A stretch of 64,000 nucleotides of DNA, taken from contig CAVZTA010000011.1 in NCBI GenBank assembly GCA_963778025.1, forward strand, positions 80,452-144,451. The letters are read 5' to 3'. The notes under the pieces were generated by a model. The model was not told where the DNA came from, did not search any database, and was given only the letters and a program-made list of their open reading frames with translations. This document shows, piece by piece, positions 9,466-18,790 of the stretch. A program made the translations under genes and the position numbers. This DNA is from an uncultured Chloroflexia bacterium (GTDB lineage: Bacteria; Chloroflexota; Limnocylindria; Limnocylindrales; CSP1-4). Position 1 is the stretch's first letter, and every line of letters starts with the position of its first letter.

Positions 9466-11593
9466 CGACGGCGGCCGGTCCCGGCAGCTCGATGACGCGG
9501 TCCGCGAGGTGGTCGTAGCGGGAGCTGGTCGTCAGGACGATGACCTGGAGATCCGCCGCGATGGACCGGAGCAGCTCCAGCGCGCGCACGGCCCGCGGGT
9601 CGTCAAGCGTCACGAACGGATCGTCGAGGACGAGCGGCGGTCGGCGGTCACCGGTGACCAGCCGGACCAGGCCGAGCCGCGCCGCGAGGTACACGATGTC
9701 GAGCGTCCCCTGCGACAGCTCGCTGACCGGGACCCAGCCGTCGCGCTCCGGCGCCCAGAGCTCGATCCCGAGGGTCGCGTCGTCGACGCGGACGCGCTGA
9801 TAGCGACCGCCCGTGATCCGCCCCAGGTCGCCGACCATGTGCCGCTCCAGGTAGCGCGTGGCGGTCTCCATCGTCGCCTTCTCGGCGGTCTCGATGGCAT
9901 CACGCGTCAGTCGGTAGACCCGAGCTCGCCGTCGCAGCTCGGACAGGCGCTCCTGCTGGCCCGCGGCCTCCTCGGCCAGCGCTGCGACCTCCTCCGCGTC
10001 GACCGCGTTCTGCTCGACCCGCGCTCGTGCCGCCGCCTCGTCGTCCCGTGCCCGCTCCATCGCCCGCTCTGCCTCGGCGACCTCGACCTCGAGGCGCTCC
10101 CGGGCTCGCGGGTCCTTGGTGATCGGCCCCAGCGCGTCCATCGCGGACGTCTTCTGCTCGACCTCGAGCGCCGCCGCGTCCCGCCGGCCGGCGAGGTCGT
10201 CCGGCGCCTCACCGCCGAGCAGGCCATCGAGTCGCGCGGCGGCGTGGTCGATCGCCGCGACGTGGTCCTGCTCACGTCGCAGCAACGTCTCGGCCGCGGC
10301 GAGATCATCCAGTCCGAGGCCCGCGAGCTGCCGCTCGATGTCGGCGCGTGTTTCGCGCAGCTCGGCCTCCATCTCCGCGCGGCCTCGAACGCGCTGCGCG
10401 ACCTGCTCCTCGCGACGCTGGGCGTCGAGCTCGTCGGAGCGGCGGAGCCACGCGCCGACAAGCACGAGGACGGCGCCCAGCGCCGCAAGCACACCGCCCA
10501 GCGCGACCGATGCGAACCCGGTGGCGGATCCGACGGCCACGACGATGGCGCCGAGGGCGAGCAGGCCGGCCCCCGACCGGATCAGCGGGCGCCATCGCGC
10601 CGGGGCGGCGACCTCAGACCCGCTGTGAACCTGGTCGCTCAGCAGCGACGTCAGCTCGAGGATCCGGCGATCCAGGATGCGCAGCCGCTCGACCGACTGA
10701 CGAAGCACCGGCAAGGCAACCGTCGACGAGCGGTCGGCCTCGAGCCGATCGATCTCCCCGCTGACGTCGACCGCCTGGCGGAACCGCTCGTACCGGTCCT
10801 GCGCACGCCCGCGCTCGGACTCCAGCCGCTCGGCGATGCGCGCCTTGTCGAGCATCGCCCGTGCCTCGGCCAGGCTCGCATCCACACCCGCCCGGTGCTC
10901 GCGCGCGAGCGCGAGCGCATCGCGATCCCGCTCCAGGCTGTCCAGCGCCGCCTCGCCGCGCGCCAGCCGCTCACCCGTGTCGGCCAGGCGCGCCTCCGTG
11001 GACTTCAACAGGCCGGGGTGCTTCTGGCCCTGCCGCTCGAGCTCGAGGAGCGCCCGCTCGAGCCGCCGCTTCGCCAGGGAGGTGCCGCGATCGGCGCCGC
11101 TGATCGACGCCTGGAGCCGATCGCGCAGCGCCGCCTCGTCCTTCGCGATCGCCGCCAGCTCGTGGTGGCGGACGGAGGCCGTGGCCCGGAAGAACGCCTC
11201 GGACGGGATGCCGGTGAGCTCGGCGAGCCGTTCGTCGGCAGCGGCCGGATCGGTCAGGGGCTCCTCGCCGTCGATCTCCAGGCGCACCGTCCCTCGGGCC
11301 CCGCGGAACGTCTTCTCGAGCCGGCCGGTCCGCACGGCGTCCTCGTCCTCGAGCACGAAGTCGAGCGCGACCTCCGGACGCCGATCCTCCGGCGCGCCCC
11401 AGGTGCGCAGCCCGTCGAGGTCCGTGGCGGTGCTCGTGACGCGGCGCGTCAGCGCGAGCTCCAGGGCGCGCAGGATCGTGGACTTGCCGGCCTCGTTCGG
11501 CCCGCGGATGACCGTCAGCCCGCGCGCAAGGTCCAGCTCGCGGGTCCCGCGATGCGCCCGGATGTCCCGAAGGGTGAGCCGCGTGATCCTCAC
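9422..11593 (-). CDS. SbcC/Rad50-like (YhaN-type) AAA ATPase with hydrophobic apex
   Basis: Walker A GPNEAGKST, signature SQGT, Walker B/D-loop PPLVLDDPFVTLD, long Ala/Arg/Glu coiled coil. Two hydrophobic helices sit mid-protein (GLLALGAIVVAVGSATGFASVALGGVLAALGAVLVLVGAWL). No Cys in the whole protein. 4-nt overlap with the upstream nuclease gene. Confidence 0.8.
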   Translation of the reverse strand: MRITRLTLRDIRAHRGTRELDLARGLTVIRGPNEAGKSTILRALELALTRRVTSTATDLDGLRTWGAPEDRRPEVALDFVLEDEDAVRTGRLEKTFRGARGTVRLEIDGEEPLTDPAAADERLAELTGIPSEAFFRATASVRHHELAAIAKDEAALRDRLQASISGADRGTSLAKRRLERALLELERQGQKHPGLLKSTEARLADTGERLARGEAALDSLERDRDALALAREHRAGVDASLAEARAMLDKARIAERLESERGRAQDRYERFRQAVDVSGEIDRLEADRSSTVALPVLRQSVERLRILDRRILELTSLLSDQVHSGSEVAAPARWRPLIRSGAGLLALGAIVVAVGSATGFASVALGGVLAALGAVLVLVGAWLRRSDELDAQRREEQVAQRVRGRAEMEAELRETRADIERQLAGLGLDDLAAAETLLRREQDHVAAIDHAAARLDGLLGGEAPDDLAGRRDAAALEVEQKTSAMDALGPITKDPRARERLEVEVAEAERAMERARDDEAAARARVEQNAVDAEEVAALAEEAAGQQERLSELRRRARVYRLTRDAIETAEKATMETATRYLERHMVGDLGRITGGRYQRVRVDDATLGIELWAPERDGWVPVSELSQGTLDIVYLAARLGLVRLVTGDRRPPLVLDDPFVTLDDPRAVRALELLRSIAADLQVIVLTTSSRYDHLADRVIELPGPAAVDDARASPVEAGVHG

Positions 11594-12762
11594 AGCGTCA
11601 CCTCGTGACCTGCGAGCAGCAGGCGACCGAGGCGCAGCGCGTCGCGCAGCTCCGCGGCCTCGTCGCCGGCCCCGGGTCCGACGGTGGTCTCGAGCTTCGC
11701 GATCCGCCCCTCGAGGTCGCGGATGAACGCCCCGGCGATGGTGTCGGGCCCGGGCAGCATGCCGTCCGTGAGTGGTGGGCGCGACGCATCCCGCACGCGC
11801 ACCCGCAGGAACGACGGACGCAACGCCGCCTCGACCTCATCGGGATGCACATCGAGCTCGTCGGGCCGCACGCCGATGAGCCGGACGTCCAGCACGACAT
11901 CCGCGTCGGCCCGCGCTTGGAGCCGCTCGATGACCGCAGGCTGACTCTCGATCACCGACGCATCGAGGTCGATGCGCTCGAACCGCGTCCGACCGACCCG
12001 CCGCTCCTCGATGTCGACCGTGCGCCGCCCATCCGCCTCGTCGAGCGTCACGAGCAGCACGTTGCCGGCGCGGTCCTGGTCGACGGCGACCGGCTCCGGG
12101 GCGCCGCTGTACGCCCACGTGACGCCGCCGGCGCGCGCCGTCTGCGCCGCGTGCCAGTGCCCAAGCGCGACGTAATCGAGGCCGCTCGCGGCGATCTCCT
12201 GGGTGGTGATCACGACGTCATCGCCGTCGGTCCGGCCCGGGATGGCGACGGCGGCATGGAACAGCCCGACCTTCCAGCGGCCCGGCAGTCCATCGGCCAT
12301 GCCGGCGTCGCGCAACGGCCCGAACGGCGCCCGTTTCGTCGGGAACGGCCGGCCCACGATCGAGACGTCGCATGTCGCGATGAACGTGCTCGGCTGCTCC
12401 GGTGTCAGGACCACCACCATGCCGGCGTCCCGCGGCGCCGCCATCGACGGCAGGTCGTACGCGCGATAGACCGAGGCCCGGTCGTAGACATCGTGCGTGC
12501 CCGGCGTGATCACCGTGCGGATGCGGCGCTCGACGAGCCGGCGCAGCTCGGCGGCCACCCGCTCCACCGAACGCCGGGGCTGGACGTTCGAGTCGAACAG
12601 GTCGCCCGCGATCAGGACGACGTCGACCAATTCGGCGAGCGCGACGTCGATGGTCCGGACGAACGCGGCGAACTGCCGCTCCCGCTGCGCGATGGCCGCC
12701 TCGCCCAGATCCGCGTGACGCGCGCCCAGGTGGACGTCTGCCGTATGGAGCAATCGAAGCAT
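11590..12762 (-). CDS. SbcD/Mre11-like (YhaO-type) metallophosphoesterase nuclease
   Basis: Start ATG 12762 (MLRLLHTADVHLG). Phosphoesterase motifs DVHLG, GDLFD, GTHD, GHWH. The track ORF runs to 13254 but that extension is not protein-like. Confidence 0.8.
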   Translation of the reverse strand: MLRLLHTADVHLGARHADLGEAAIAQRERQFAAFVRTIDVALAELVDVVLIAGDLFDSNVQPRRSVERVAAELRRLVERRIRTVITPGTHDVYDRASVYRAYDLPSMAAPRDAGMVVVLTPEQPSTFIATCDVSIVGRPFPTKRAPFGPLRDAGMADGLPGRWKVGLFHAAVAIPGRTDGDDVVITTQEIAASGLDYVALGHWHAAQTARAGGVTWAYSGAPEPVAVDQDRAGNVLLVTLDEADGRRTVDIEERRVGRTRFERIDLDASVIESQPAVIERLQARADADVVLDVRLIGVRPDELDVHPDEVEAALRPSFLRVRVRDASRPPLTDGMLPGPDTIAGAFIRDLEGRIAKLETTVGPGAGDEAAELRDALRLGRLLLAGHEVTL

Positions 12763-12979
12763 CCGGTGCGGCGTGGCCTCCTCTGACGCGATGAGCTGAC
12801 GACACGTGCCCGAGCGCGGGTGGCCTCGGGACCCCGAGGCGACCGTCCGCCCATCACGCGCCACCGGCCGCCGCCGCGGATCGCGTGCCTGGGCGGGGCG
12901 TGGCCGCCCCGGGACCCGGGTCGCACGATCGAGGCGCCCCCATCGCTCCCCGATCGCCTCACCAGTCTCGGCGGGCGTC

Positions 12980-13068
12980 GTGACACCTAGAGTGTCACAG
13001 CCGAAGGGGGGCTCGGGCGGCGACTCGTGGTAGGCGACTCGCGGTAGCGGCTCGTGGCGAGGTGTCAC
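12980..13068. promoter_or_regulatory. palindrome plus 14-bp tandem repeats in the divergent spacer (function unknown)
   Basis: Perfect palindrome GTGACAC-CTAGA-GTGTCAC (12980-12998). Three tandem 14-mers GGCGACTCGTGGTA / GGCGACTCGCGGTA / GCGGCTCGTGGCGA (13019-13060), followed by another GTGTCAC half-site (13062-13068). Confidence 0.5.
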
Positions 13069-13289
13069 GCACCTGTCAGAAGGTCGGCGGACCGTTGCAA
13101 GGCCCACTTCCGCGGACCCGGTGTATGGTCCCGCAGCCATCGAAGCACGGTGCGCCCCAGCTCGGGACTCCGAGAACGGCACCTGGGTCTGGCGGCCCCG
13201 GCTGACTCCCCGCCGACACGTCACCCACGTCGCTCCCCGGTTGGGCCACGCCAACGACTGAGCCGAGCCACGCGCCCGGGAGGAGCAAG

Positions 13290-13628
13290 GTGACCTACGT
13301 CGATCGGACGTTGAACTGCGTCGACTGCGGAGTGGAGTTCGTCCATTCGGCCGCCGACCAGGAGTACTACGCAGCCAAGGGGTTCGCGTCCGACCCGAAG
13401 CGCTGCGCCAGCTGCCGAGCCTATCGGCGGGCGACGAAGGACTCGGGCTCGGACCCGCGCTCCCTCGGCGGCCCCCGGGGCTACGAGCGAGGGGACGACC
13501 GGCTGTCGCGCGAGTACTTCGCCGCGATCTGCACGTCCTGCGGGAACCAGGCCCAAGTCCCGTTCAAGCCGCGCATGGACAAGCCCGTCTACTGCTCGGA
13601 CTGCTACCGGACGATCAAGCCCGACTGA
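13290..13628 (+). CDS. CxxC-x17-CxxC zinc-ribbon protein
   Basis: GTG 13290 behind GGGAGGAG. Two zinc-ribbon units; the second is exactly CTSC-x17-CSDC. Confidence 0.7.
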   Translation: MTYVDRTLNCVDCGVEFVHSAADQEYYAAKGFASDPKRCASCRAYRRATKDSGSDPRSLGGPRGYERGDDRLSREYFAAICTSCGNQAQVPFKPRMDKPVYCSDCYRTIKPD

Positions 13629-13799
13629 GCCCAGACCCCCAGCTGGGTGCCCCGAGCGACCACGTCGCTCGACCTGAGCCGGAGCGCGGTCCGACCCCCG
13701 CCGCGCCCCAGCCGTCCATCGCCGCGGCCTGCGCGCCGCCTGACTTCCCCGATCCGTTCCCGCGTTCGTGCGCGCCCGGGCGGCCCTCTCCCGCGCCGC

Positions 13800-13971
13800 G
13801 ATGCATCGGATGCACGCTACGACGAACCACCCGCGCGGTGCCCGGCCCCGGACCCGCGGCAGGCCTCTTCCGACGTCGTTCCATGCATCGGGCGCGTCAT
13901 CCGGCGGCGGAGACCGCCGGACCTAGCCGCACCCTGGCCGCCTCCTTCGACGCAAGCGGCACCCGATGCAC
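13800..13971 (-). repeat. ~170-bp TIR-bounded intergenic element, copy 1 (reverse orientation)
   Basis: The reverse complement starts GTGCATCGGGTGCCGCTTGCGTCGAAGGAGGCGG and ends TTCGTCGTAGCGTGCATCCGATGCAT. Same ends and length as the copies at 41075 and 53435. Confidence 0.8.
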
Positions 13972-14010
13972 GCCGGTCGCGAGCCGCGCGCGCGCCGCGG
14001 CGGAGCGAGC

Positions 14011-14736
14011 TCAGATCCGGAACGCGTCGCCCTTGCGATAGCGCTCCCGGCGCCGACCCCGCCACACGGTGACGCGCCCACGGCCCTGGACCTGCCACGC
14101 GCCGTTGCAGCCGATCGCCGCCGTCTCCTCGTCGATGCCCAGCACCGCATCGCCGCGCGGCGCCTGCAGGGCGATGAGGGCGACGAGCGCCTCCGGCCAC
14201 GCGTCGTAGTGCGGCAGCACGGCCGCTGACTCGACCAGTCCCAGCGCCGACCGCCACCTGATCGGGAACGGCACCTTCTGGCGCGGCATCTCGGCCTGGC
14301 AGCCGGCCAGCACCATCGCCCCAGCGGAGCAGCCCGCGATGACCGCGCCGCGTGCATGGGCGGCACGCAGCGCCTCTCCCAGCGGCGACCCCTGCAGCAC
14401 ACCCAGCAGATGCGATGGCTTGCCGCCCGACAGGTAGATCAGGTCCGCCTCGCCGACCGCCTGGAGGTTCGCGGCGTCATGGCCATCGTCGGCCGTGCGG
14501 ACCATGACCGGCTCCACCTCGGCGCCAAGCGCCGTGAAATGCTCGACGCCCATCGCCGCCCAACGCTGGAACGTGGCGGCGCCGTCGGGCCACGACGCCG
14601 TCGGCAGGATGGCCACACGTGGCCGCGCAACGCCGGTCGCATCGAGCAGGCCGCGGTCGACCGTGTCCCATCGCAGCAAGGAACTCGCCGGCGCCCACCA
14701 GCGCGACCGATCCGGGCACGGCCGAAGTCTATGCAT
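14011..14736 (-). CDS. peptidase S51 / class I glutamine-amidotransferase-like protein
   Basis: ORF 14011..14775. Motifs RVAILPTAS, LIYLSGGKPSHLL, GAVIAGCSAGAMVL. Start uncertain (ATG 14736 or TTG 14679). Confidence 0.6.
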   Translation of the reverse strand: MHRLRPCPDRSRWWAPASSLLRWDTVDRGLLDATGVARPRVAILPTASWPDGAATFQRWAAMGVEHFTALGAEVEPVMVRTADDGHDAANLQAVGEADLIYLSGGKPSHLLGVLQGSPLGEALRAAHARGAVIAGCSAGAMVLAGCQAEMPRQKVPFPIRWRSALGLVESAAVLPHYDAWPEALVALIALQAPRGDAVLGIDEETAAIGCNGAWQVQGRGRVTVWRGRRRERYRKGDAFRI

Positions 14737-14795
14737 CCGGCGCATCGATGCCGTGCCGGACGACCGCGACGACATGCGACACTCGCCTGCTCCCG

Positions 14796-16403
14796 ATGCC
14801 GAGCCAGCCGATGACCACGACCCAGCGCTGGACGATGTTGGCCGTCGTCCTGGGCTCGGCGATCGTGTTCCTCGACGGGACGATCGTGAACGTCGCCCTC
14901 GCCACCATCGGCCGCGAGCTGCCGGGCGCGGTGCTGGGCACGCTCGAGGGGCTGACGTACGTCACCAGCGGCTACTTCGCGACGCTGGCCGCGCTCCTCG
15001 TCCTGTCGGGTGCCCTCGCCGACTACTACGGCCGGCGGCGGGTCTTCGTCATCGGTCTCGCCGGGTTCGGTGCCACGTCGGCCCTGTGCGGGCTTGCGCC
15101 CAGCCTCGAGCTGCTGGTGGTCGCGCGGATCTTCCAGGGCGCGGCGGGGGCGCTGCTCGTCCCGGGCGCGATCGCGATCATCACGGCGGTGTTCGAGGGA
15201 CCGGGCCGAGCCCGCGCGTTCGGCATCTGGGCGGCGGCGACGGCGGCGGTGGGCCCGCTGGGACTGCTCATCGGCGGGACGCTCGTCGACACCATCGGCT
15301 GGCGCGTGGCCTTCCTGATCAACGTGCCGCTGGTGCTCCTCGCGCTGTACGCGGCGATCCGGCACATGCCCGAGACGAAGAACGAGGAGGCGACCGGCGA
15401 CTTCGACTGGCTCGGCTCGCTCGTGGCGATCCTCGCCATCGGCGGCCTCGCGTTCGGCGTGATCCGCGGTCAGCAGCAGCACTGGGCCGACCCCGCGGCG
15501 TGGATCGCGCTCGGCATCGGGATCGTCGCCCTCATCGCCTTCCCGATCCTCATGGCGCGGCGGCCGAACCCGCTCGTCCCGCTGGCGTTGTTTCGGAACC
15601 GCGGGTTCGCCGTCATCAACCTGTCCACGCTGCTGATCTATTCCGCGCTCTACGTGAACTTCGCGTTCCAGTCGCTCGTGCTCCAGTCGGCGCTGGGGTA
15701 CACGGCGCTGGGCGCCGGCGCGGTCGGCCTGCCGAACGGGATCATCCTGGCCTTGCTGTCGACCCGGATCGGGACACTGGCGGGGCGGATGGGGGCGCGT
15801 CCGTTCCTCGTCGCCGGACCGCTGCTCATGGCGACGGGCCTCCTGTGGTACACGCGGCTGCCGGCCACGTCGACGGCGTGGCAGGCGACGATCACGAACC
15901 CGTCGACGCTCGTCCCGCCCGCGGCCACCTTCATCGACGTGCTGCCGGCGATCGTGCTGTTCGGCGTCGGGATCTCGATGGTGGTCGCGCCGCTCACGTC
16001 GACGCTGATGTCGAGCGTCCCGACCGGCAACGCGGGCGTGGCCTCGGCCATCAACAACGCGATCAGCCGCGTCGGGCAGCCGATCCTCGCGGCGCTGATC
16101 TTCGTGGTCGTGTCGGGCACGTTCTACGCGACGCTCGGCGCGATCGCCGGGGTCGACCCGAACGATCCGACCCTTCGCCAGCTCCAGCCCCTGACCGCGC
16201 CACCGCCCGGGACGCCACCGGAGATCGCGGCGGCTGCGCGCGCGGCCTCGGTCGATGCGTTCCACGTGGCCGCGTTCGTGTCGGCGTCGCTGTTGCTGGG
16301 CGGCGCGGCGACGAACTTCTTCGGTCTGCGCGGGCTTCGGTCAGCCGCGCCCGCGATGGGCGCGCGCGGTGAGGCGATCGAACCGGCAGGCGGCGCGGGC
16401 TGA
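14796..16403 (+). CDS. MFS transporter, DHA2 (EmrB/QacA-like, 14 TMS)
   Basis: ORF 14619..16403, start ATG 14796 or 14811. Motifs LDGTIVNVALATI and GALADYYGRRRVF, with continuous TM helices throughout. Confidence 0.8.
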   Translation: MPSQPMTTTQRWTMLAVVLGSAIVFLDGTIVNVALATIGRELPGAVLGTLEGLTYVTSGYFATLAALLVLSGALADYYGRRRVFVIGLAGFGATSALCGLAPSLELLVVARIFQGAAGALLVPGAIAIITAVFEGPGRARAFGIWAAATAAVGPLGLLIGGTLVDTIGWRVAFLINVPLVLLALYAAIRHMPETKNEEATGDFDWLGSLVAILAIGGLAFGVIRGQQQHWADPAAWIALGIGIVALIAFPILMARRPNPLVPLALFRNRGFAVINLSTLLIYSALYVNFAFQSLVLQSALGYTALGAGAVGLPNGIILALLSTRIGTLAGRMGARPFLVAGPLLMATGLLWYTRLPATSTAWQATITNPSTLVPPAATFIDVLPAIVLFGVGISMVVAPLTSTLMSSVPTGNAGVASAINNAISRVGQPILAALIFVVVSGTFYATLGAIAGVDPNDPTLRQLQPLTAPPPGTPPEIAAAARAASVDAFHVAAFVSASLLLGGAATNFFGLRGLRSAAPAMGARGEAIEPAGGAG

Positions 16404-16405
16404 CG

Positions 16406-17143
16406 ATGACCCGCGAGTGGGACGCTCGGACGTACGACCGCGTCGCCGACCCGATGACGCGCTGGGGCGCCGCGGTGCTCGATCGGCTGCCGCTGCGCGG
16501 CGACGAGCGGGTGCTGGATGCGGGCTGCGGCAGCGGGCGGGTGACGGAGCTGCTGGCCGAGCGACTGCCTCGGGGCGAGGTCGTGGCGCTCGATGGGTCG
16601 AGCCGGATGGTCGATGCCGCGCGCGAGCGGCTGGCGCCATTCGGCGATCGCGTCGAGTTCGTGGTCGCGGATCTCCTGCAGCCGCTGCCGATCGCGCCAG
16701 TCGACGCCATCCTCTCGACGGCGACCTTCCACTGGGTGCTGGATCACGCGACGTTGTTCCGGAATCTCGCCGCGGTCCTGCGGCCTGGAGGCCGGCTGGT
16801 CGCGCAGTGCGGTGGGCGCGGCAACATCACGCGCTTGAACGAGATCGTCGACTCGCTGGGCTACGCGAGCCACGAGGTCCATCACTTCGCCGATCCGGAC
16901 GAAGACGCCGAGCTCCTCCGCGCCGCGGGCTTCACGGATGTGCGGTGCTGGCTCCACGACGAGCCGACGGTCATCGAGCCGCCGGAGGCGATGGCCTCGT
17001 TCCTGCGGACGGTGTGTCTGAGTCCGTATCTCGAGCACTTGCCGACGGCCGAGCACGACGCGTTCATCGCCGAGGTCCAGCGCCGGATGCCGAAACCCGA
17101 GCTCGACTACGTCCGGCTCAACATCGACGCGACCCGCGCATGA
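16406..17143 (+). CDS. class I SAM-dependent methyltransferase (Tam-like)
   Basis: SAM motif VLDAGCGSGRV plus ALDGSSRMV. Stop overlaps the next start (ATGA at 17140-17143). Confidence 0.8.
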   Translation: MTREWDARTYDRVADPMTRWGAAVLDRLPLRGDERVLDAGCGSGRVTELLAERLPRGEVVALDGSSRMVDAARERLAPFGDRVEFVVADLLQPLPIAPVDAILSTATFHWVLDHATLFRNLAAVLRPGGRLVAQCGGRGNITRLNEIVDSLGYASHEVHHFADPDEDAELLRAAGFTDVRCWLHDEPTVIEPPEAMASFLRTVCLSPYLEHLPTAEHDAFIAEVQRRMPKPELDYVRLNIDATRA

Positions 17144-17931
17144 GCGACGTCATCCTGCTCCCGTACCACCAGGACGAGCGCCTCGACGACGCGGCGATCG
17201 TGCTGCCTTCCGAGCGTCGAGGCGACGCTGGTCGACCCGCCGCTGCCGGTCGCCGACTCGCAGTGGCCGCGGCTCGTCGCGTTGTATGCGGAGCTGGCCT
17301 CGGCGGTGGCGGCAGGGCTCCGCGGCGGCGGGCTGCGCGCGGTCGTGGTCGGCGACTGCCTGGCGTCGCTCGGGACACTTGGCCGGGCTGCAGCGGGCGG
17401 GCCACGACCCATCGATCGTCTGGTTCGACGCGCACGGCGACATCCACACGATCGCGTCGTCGACCTCGCAGTACCTGGGCGGGATGCCGCTGCGGATGAT
17501 GATCGGGGGCGACCCGGACAGGCTCACCGGGCCCGCTCGGGATCCGGACGCTGGCCGAGGATCGGGCTGTCCTGGTCGATGCGCGGGACCTCGACCCCGG
17601 CGAGGTCGAGTTCCTGGCGACGAGTCGCGTCCGGCGATCGTCCGTGGACGAGCTCACCGCCGCCGATCTGCCGCCCGGCCCGGTGCTCATCCACATCGAC
17701 CTCGACGTCATCGACGCAGCCGAGGTCCCGGGGATGCGCTTCCCGGTCGGCCACGGCCCCAGCTCCGACGCGGTCCTCGCGGCGGTCGCCCGCCTCTACG
17801 CCACCGGCCGGGTCGTGTTGCTCAGCCTCTCCTGCCCGTGGTACCGAACCGACGACGAGCAGCTGGCTCGCCAGCGGACGGCCCTGATCGAGCGGTTCCT
17901 GGCCGTCGCATCGGTGTCGTTGCGCGCCTGA
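17140..17931 (+). pseudogene. arginase/agmatinase/formiminoglutamase-family gene with three +1 frame switches (~17200, ~17380, ~17525)
   Basis: Four collinear pieces in successive frames: MSDVILLPYHQDERL...; VEATLVDPPLPVADSQWPRLVALYAELA...VVVGDCLASLGTL; AGLQRAGHDPSIVWFDAHGDIHT...GGMPLRMMIGGDP; LGIRTLAEDRAVLVDARDLD...VLIHIDLDVIDAAEVPG. The Mn-binding motifs DAHGD and DLDVID are present. Confidence 0.75.
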
Positions 17932-18125
17932 AGGTCAGCCACGGTGCTGACGACGTCGCTGTTCGCCGCAATCGAACAGATTCGGTCCGGATCAGCCCGT
18001 TCGAGGCCTCGAGAGGCGCTTCACGACCTTCTGTTAGTCCCGCACGACGAATTCGCGGCTGAACACGCCCTCACCTCAGCCCAAACGGCTGAAATCCGTT
18101 CGCGACAACCGACCATCCCGCGCAC
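17841..18125 (+). repeat. diverged direct repeat, copy 1 (3' end of the arginase-like gene plus ~195 bp downstream)
   Basis: Aligns with 18791-19074, roughly three quarters identical by eye, with small indels (+2, -3, -1). Near-identical blocks: GTTCGCCGCAATCGAACAGATTCG, GCTTCACGACCTYCTGTTAGTC, CCGTTCGCGACA. Confidence 0.8.
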
Positions 18126-18138
18126 CCGGAGCTCGGCG

Positions 18139-18600
18139 TCAGGACGATGGCGCGAGCCTGCTGCACGCCAGCTCATCGATGTACCCGACCCCACGACCGA
18201 CCCTCGACACTTCGTTGGTTTCGGTGTTGAGCTCCCAGTGACCGATCCAACCGGTGCCGTCCGGCCCCACGTTGGTCGACCGGCCTGACAACGATCCGTA
18301 CAGCACGCCATCGCGCTCGAAGAACCGGATGAGCCCCGTGTCGATGTATGTCCAGCTATCCCCGTCGGCGTTCGAGTACACCCAGGTCAGGTGGTAGAAC
18401 GTGGGATGGCTGGCGTCGAACGCGCCCCTCGCCCAGCCAGTCGTATGGAACGTCAGCGACGCCCCATCGCAATCGACGTCTCCGCTGAAGTCGATGATCG
18501 AGACCCGGTCTCCCGGCGGCGCAGCGCTCGCCGTCGGAACGGCTCCGAGGAGTCCGACGAGGACGACGACACCAACCACCAGCACTCTGAACCGACGCAT
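18139..18600 (-). CDS. secreted hypothetical protein
   Basis: Signal peptide MRRFRVLVVGVVVLVGLLGAVPTASA. No recognised domain. Visibly lower GC than the flanks. Lies between the two direct-repeat copies. Confidence 0.6.
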   Translation of the reverse strand: MRRFRVLVVGVVVLVGLLGAVPTASAAPPGDRVSIIDFSGDVDCDGASLTFHTTGWARGAFDASHPTFYHLTWVYSNADGDSWTYIDTGLIRFFERDGVLYGSLSGRSTNVGPDGTGWIGHWELNTETNEVSRVGRGVGYIDELACSRLAPSS

Positions 18601-18790
18601 GGCCTCACCTCTCGGACGATCGCGCGGGACGGTCTCGCCAGTGGCTCGCCGCGGTCCGGGCGGCCGGCATGTGGGCCGCGGGTCAACGCCTCGCGCCGAT
18701 ACGCAGCCGTCAGGCTACTTCAGCTGCGTCAGGACCACGTCTCGGCCCTGGGGGACACGGCAGGTGTACCAACCCGATCGTCCGCCGGAG

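Noticed and set aside
9335-11608. 757-aa plus-strand ORF and other long ORFs overlapping the SbcC-like gene
   Set aside because: It is antisense to a gene with clear Walker A/B and signature motifs. Composition is low-complexity and Arg/Pro-rich.
14439-16372. 608-aa minus-strand and 625-aa plus-strand ORFs overlapping the DHA2 MFS gene
   Set aside because: Only the 14796..16403 frame gives continuous TM helices and MFS motifs. The other frames are Arg/Asp/Pro-rich shadows.
17929-18125. Stop-codon read-through or selenocysteine at the TGA ending the arginase-like gene; the downstream sequence stays open in the same frame and is conserved in the second repeat copy
   Set aside because: Copy 2 ends with TAA two codons later. 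No SECIS-like hairpin follows the TGA. A 1-nt indel breaks frame conservation near the end while the DNA stays similar. Conservation therefore looks nucleotide-level rather than protein-level.
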